A stretch of DNA of 64,000 bases from Candidatus Poriferisocius sp. (GTDB lineage Bacteria; Actinomycetota; Acidimicrobiia; Acidimicrobiales; Bin134). The stretch spans positions 823,968 to 887,967 of the forward strand of contig NZ_CBDCAT010000027.1 of NCBI RefSeq assembly GCF_965214065.1, read 5' to 3'. The number at the start of each line of letters is the position of its first letter. Positions within the stretch are counted from its first letter, which is position 1. The position numbers and the translations under genes were made by a program. The notes beneath the pieces are model-generated. The model was not told the origin of the DNA, made no database searches, and was given only the letters and a program-made list of their open reading frames with translations. Of this stretch, positions 62,271-64,000 are shown piece by piece.

Positions 62271-63692
62271 ATGCTGACGGACAACTACATCAACGGGGTA
62301 TTTCAACCGGCGATCGATGGGGCTACCGACTCGGTGGTGAATCCGGCCACCGGCAAGGTGATGGGCGAGGTTGCCTCGAGCTCGGCGGCCGATGTGGACG
62401 CCGCGGTCACCGCCGCAGCCGCAGCCTTCCCCGAGTGGTCGGCCAAGACGCCGAGGGAGCGCAGCGAGATCCTCCACAAGGTGGCCGACATCGTGGAGGA
62501 GAACGTGGCCGAGCTTTCCGCGCTCGAGTGCGAGAACGTGGGCAAGCCGGTGTCGATCATTGAGTTCGAGATGGATCAGCTGTGCGACAACTGGCGCTTC
62601 TTCGCCTCCGCCGGGCGCTTCTTGGATGGCAAGGCCGCTGGTGAATACCTCGAGGGTTACACCTCGATGGTGCGCCGCGACCCTATCGGGGTGGTGGGCT
62701 CCATCGCTCCCTGGAACTATCCGCTGTTCATGGCTACATGGAAGCTCGGCCCGCCGTTGGCAGTCGGTAACACGGTGGTGTTGAAGCCGTCGGAGCTCAC
62801 CCCCTACACCACGCTGCGTCTAGCCGAATTGCTCGACGATGTGCTTCCCCCCGGGGTCTTCAACGTGGTTTGCGGGCAGGGCCAATCCGCCGGTGTGCCG
62901 CTGGTGCAGCATCCCGACGTGGCTATGGTGTCGCTCACGGGTTCGGTGGCCGCCGGCAAGTCGGTGGCCCAAGAGGCGTCGGACTCGCTCAAGCGGGTCC
63001 ATCTCGAGCTGGGCGGGAAGGCGCCGGTGATCGTGTTCGACGATGCCGACATCGATGCAGTGGTGGCCAATCTGCGCGACAACAGCTTCTACAACACCGG
63101 CCAAGACTGCACCGCTCCGTGCCGGGTGATCGCCGGCGCCAAAGTGTACGACGACTTTGTGGCCCAGCTCACCGACGCGGCCGGGTCCGTGGCGACTGGC
63201 GACCCCATCGATGAAGACACTGAGATGGGCCCGCTGGTATCTGGTGTCCAGCTGGACCGGGTGTCAGGGTTCGTGGACCGGGCGGGCGAAGCCGGTGCGG
63301 AGATCACCACTGGTGGTTCCCGACGAGCGGGCGATGGCTATTTCTACGAGCCCTCGGTGGTTGTCGGGGTGGACCAGGCGTCGGAGATCGTGCAGCGGGA
63401 GGTGTTCGGCCCGGTCATCACCGTGCAGGCGGTACCTGACGAGGAGACCGCGCTGGGGTGGGCCAACGACTGCGACTACGGGCTGGCTGCCAGCGTGTGG
63501 ACCAACGACGTGGGCCGGGCCATGCGGATGGCCAAAGGGCTGCGGTTCGGAACGGTGTGGGTGAACGACCACATCCCGATCATCTCGGAGATGCCCCACG
63601 GCGGCTTCAAGCAGTCGGGCTACGGCAAGGACATGTCGCTGTACGCCCTCGACCACTACACCGAGCTCAAACACGTCATGGTGAAGCACTGA
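62271..63692 (+). CDS. Aminoaldehyde (gamma-aminobutyraldehyde-type) dehydrogenase
   Basis: LELGGKAPVIVFDDAD and TGQDCTAPCRVIA. Start at MLTDNYINGVF (62271). Confidence 0.9.
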   Translation: MLTDNYINGVFQPAIDGATDSVVNPATGKVMGEVASSSAADVDAAVTAAAAAFPEWSAKTPRERSEILHKVADIVEENVAELSALECENVGKPVSIIEFEMDQLCDNWRFFASAGRFLDGKAAGEYLEGYTSMVRRDPIGVVGSIAPWNYPLFMATWKLGPPLAVGNTVVLKPSELTPYTTLRLAELLDDVLPPGVFNVVCGQGQSAGVPLVQHPDVAMVSLTGSVAAGKSVAQEASDSLKRVHLELGGKAPVIVFDDADIDAVVANLRDNSFYNTGQDCTAPCRVIAGAKVYDDFVAQLTDAAGSVATGDPIDEDTEMGPLVSGVQLDRVSGFVDRAGEAGAEITTGGSRRAGDGYFYEPSVVVGVDQASEIVQREVFGPVITVQAVPDEETALGWANDCDYGLAASVWTNDVGRAMRMAKGLRFGTVWVNDHIPIISEMPHGGFKQSGYGKDMSLYALDHYTELKHVMVKH

Positions 63693-63739
63693 GCGTTCAG
63701 ACTTGGGCTTCGCAAGCCCTGGGCGCGGCGCGCCCCGCG

Positions 63740-64000
63740 GTGTACTGGTCGGATCGCGACGATGCCCCGGCCCCGGCAGCGGCGCTGTCGGGGACAATGG
63801 AAGCCGATTTGGCGGTGATCGGCGGCGGTTTCACCGGGCTTTGGGCCGCGCTCCAGGCCTTGGAGGACCAACCCGGAATGCGTGTGGCGGTGCTGGAAGC
63901 CGAGCAGTGCGGGTTCGGGGCCAGCTCTCGAAACGGCGGCTTCTGCGATTCTTCGCTGACCCACGGGCTGGCCAACGGACTCTCTCATTGGCCCGCCGAA
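63740..64000 (+). CDS. FAD-dependent oxidoreductase (gamma-glutamylputrescine-oxidase PuuB-like), 5' part only
   Basis: The frame reads ...VYWSDRDDAPAPAAALSGTMEADLAVIGGGFTGLWAALQALE...EAEQCGFGASSRNGGF (DAO-type GxGxxG). The start is uncertain (GTG 63740, ATG 63797, or a non-canonical start nearer 63692). The gene runs off the right edge. Confidence 0.65.
   Translation, partial: MYWSDRDDAPAPAAALSGTMEADLAVIGGGFTGLWAALQALEDQPGMRVAVLEAEQCGFGASSRNGGFCDSSLTHGLANGLSHWPAE

Noticed and set aside
1-64000. Defence systems (restriction-modification, toxin-antitoxin, CRISPR-Cas, Abi-like), prophage, secretion systems or secondary-metabolite core enzymes (PKS/NRPS/terpene/RiPP).
   Set aside because: I read all listed ORFs of 60 aa or more. 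None shows nuclease, methylase, helicase, toxin or integrase motifs, or PKS/NRPS motifs. The window is dominated by transport and catabolic enzymes.

Overview
High-GC, very densely coding bacterial chromosome segment. By eye it is about 65-68% GC over most of the window, with two visibly lower-GC blocks. The style is actinobacterial: GTG/TTG starts, ATGA/GTGA/TGATG stop-start overlaps, P450 plus 3Fe-4S ferredoxin pairs, and lipoprotein solute-binding proteins (SBPs) that all carry a C-G-N-D-D-D lipobox. I call about 66 CDS and one tRNA-Gly(CCC). I found no rRNA, CRISPR array, transposase, integrase or phage genes. Layout: (1) 0-3.6 kb holds flavoprotein monooxygenase, a maleate-isomerase-like racemase-fold protein, tRNA-Gly, a TIM-barrel isomerase and a P450/ferredoxin pair. 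(2) 3.8-11.4 kb holds a LacI-controlled alpha-glucoside uptake and hydrolysis operon with the same gene order as aglR-EFGAK and two matching operators. (3) 11.4-21.8 kb holds a kinase-like DUF4032 protein, an atypical LMW-phosphatase/ArsC-like protein, phosphomannomutase, a crotonase, a small tandem-repeat tail-anchored protein, an 886-aa protein joining an unknown domain to a glycosyltransferase-like domain, and dehydrogenases and a thioesterase. (4) 21.8-44.1 kb is a large amine / N-heteroaromatic / aromatic catabolic region. It contains homoprotocatechuate-type genes, two glutamine-synthetase-like ligases, two more P450s, a NicX-like and an HpaD-like ring-cleavage dioxygenase, two class-I amidotransferase-type hydrolases, a Liv-type ABC importer and a 168-bp element with perfect 22-bp inverted ends. 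(5) 44.2-52.9 kb is a lower-GC, GntR-associated locus (ribose-type ABC importer, CE4 deacetylase, RidA-type proteins, FAH hydrolase, VOC protein) marked by three copies of an AT-rich palindromic motif. (6) 52.9-55.2 kb holds small unknown proteins. (7) 55.3-64 kb is a long agmatine/putrescine operon (aminotransferase-Lrp-potABCD-agmatinase) plus a divergent aminoaldehyde dehydrogenase and FAD oxidase. The best candidates for something undescribed are the two gamma-glutamylation/P450 modules (24.7-29.0 kb and 35.1-44.1 kb). All functional calls rest on motifs I read in the translations and on recalled family knowledge; no database search was run.
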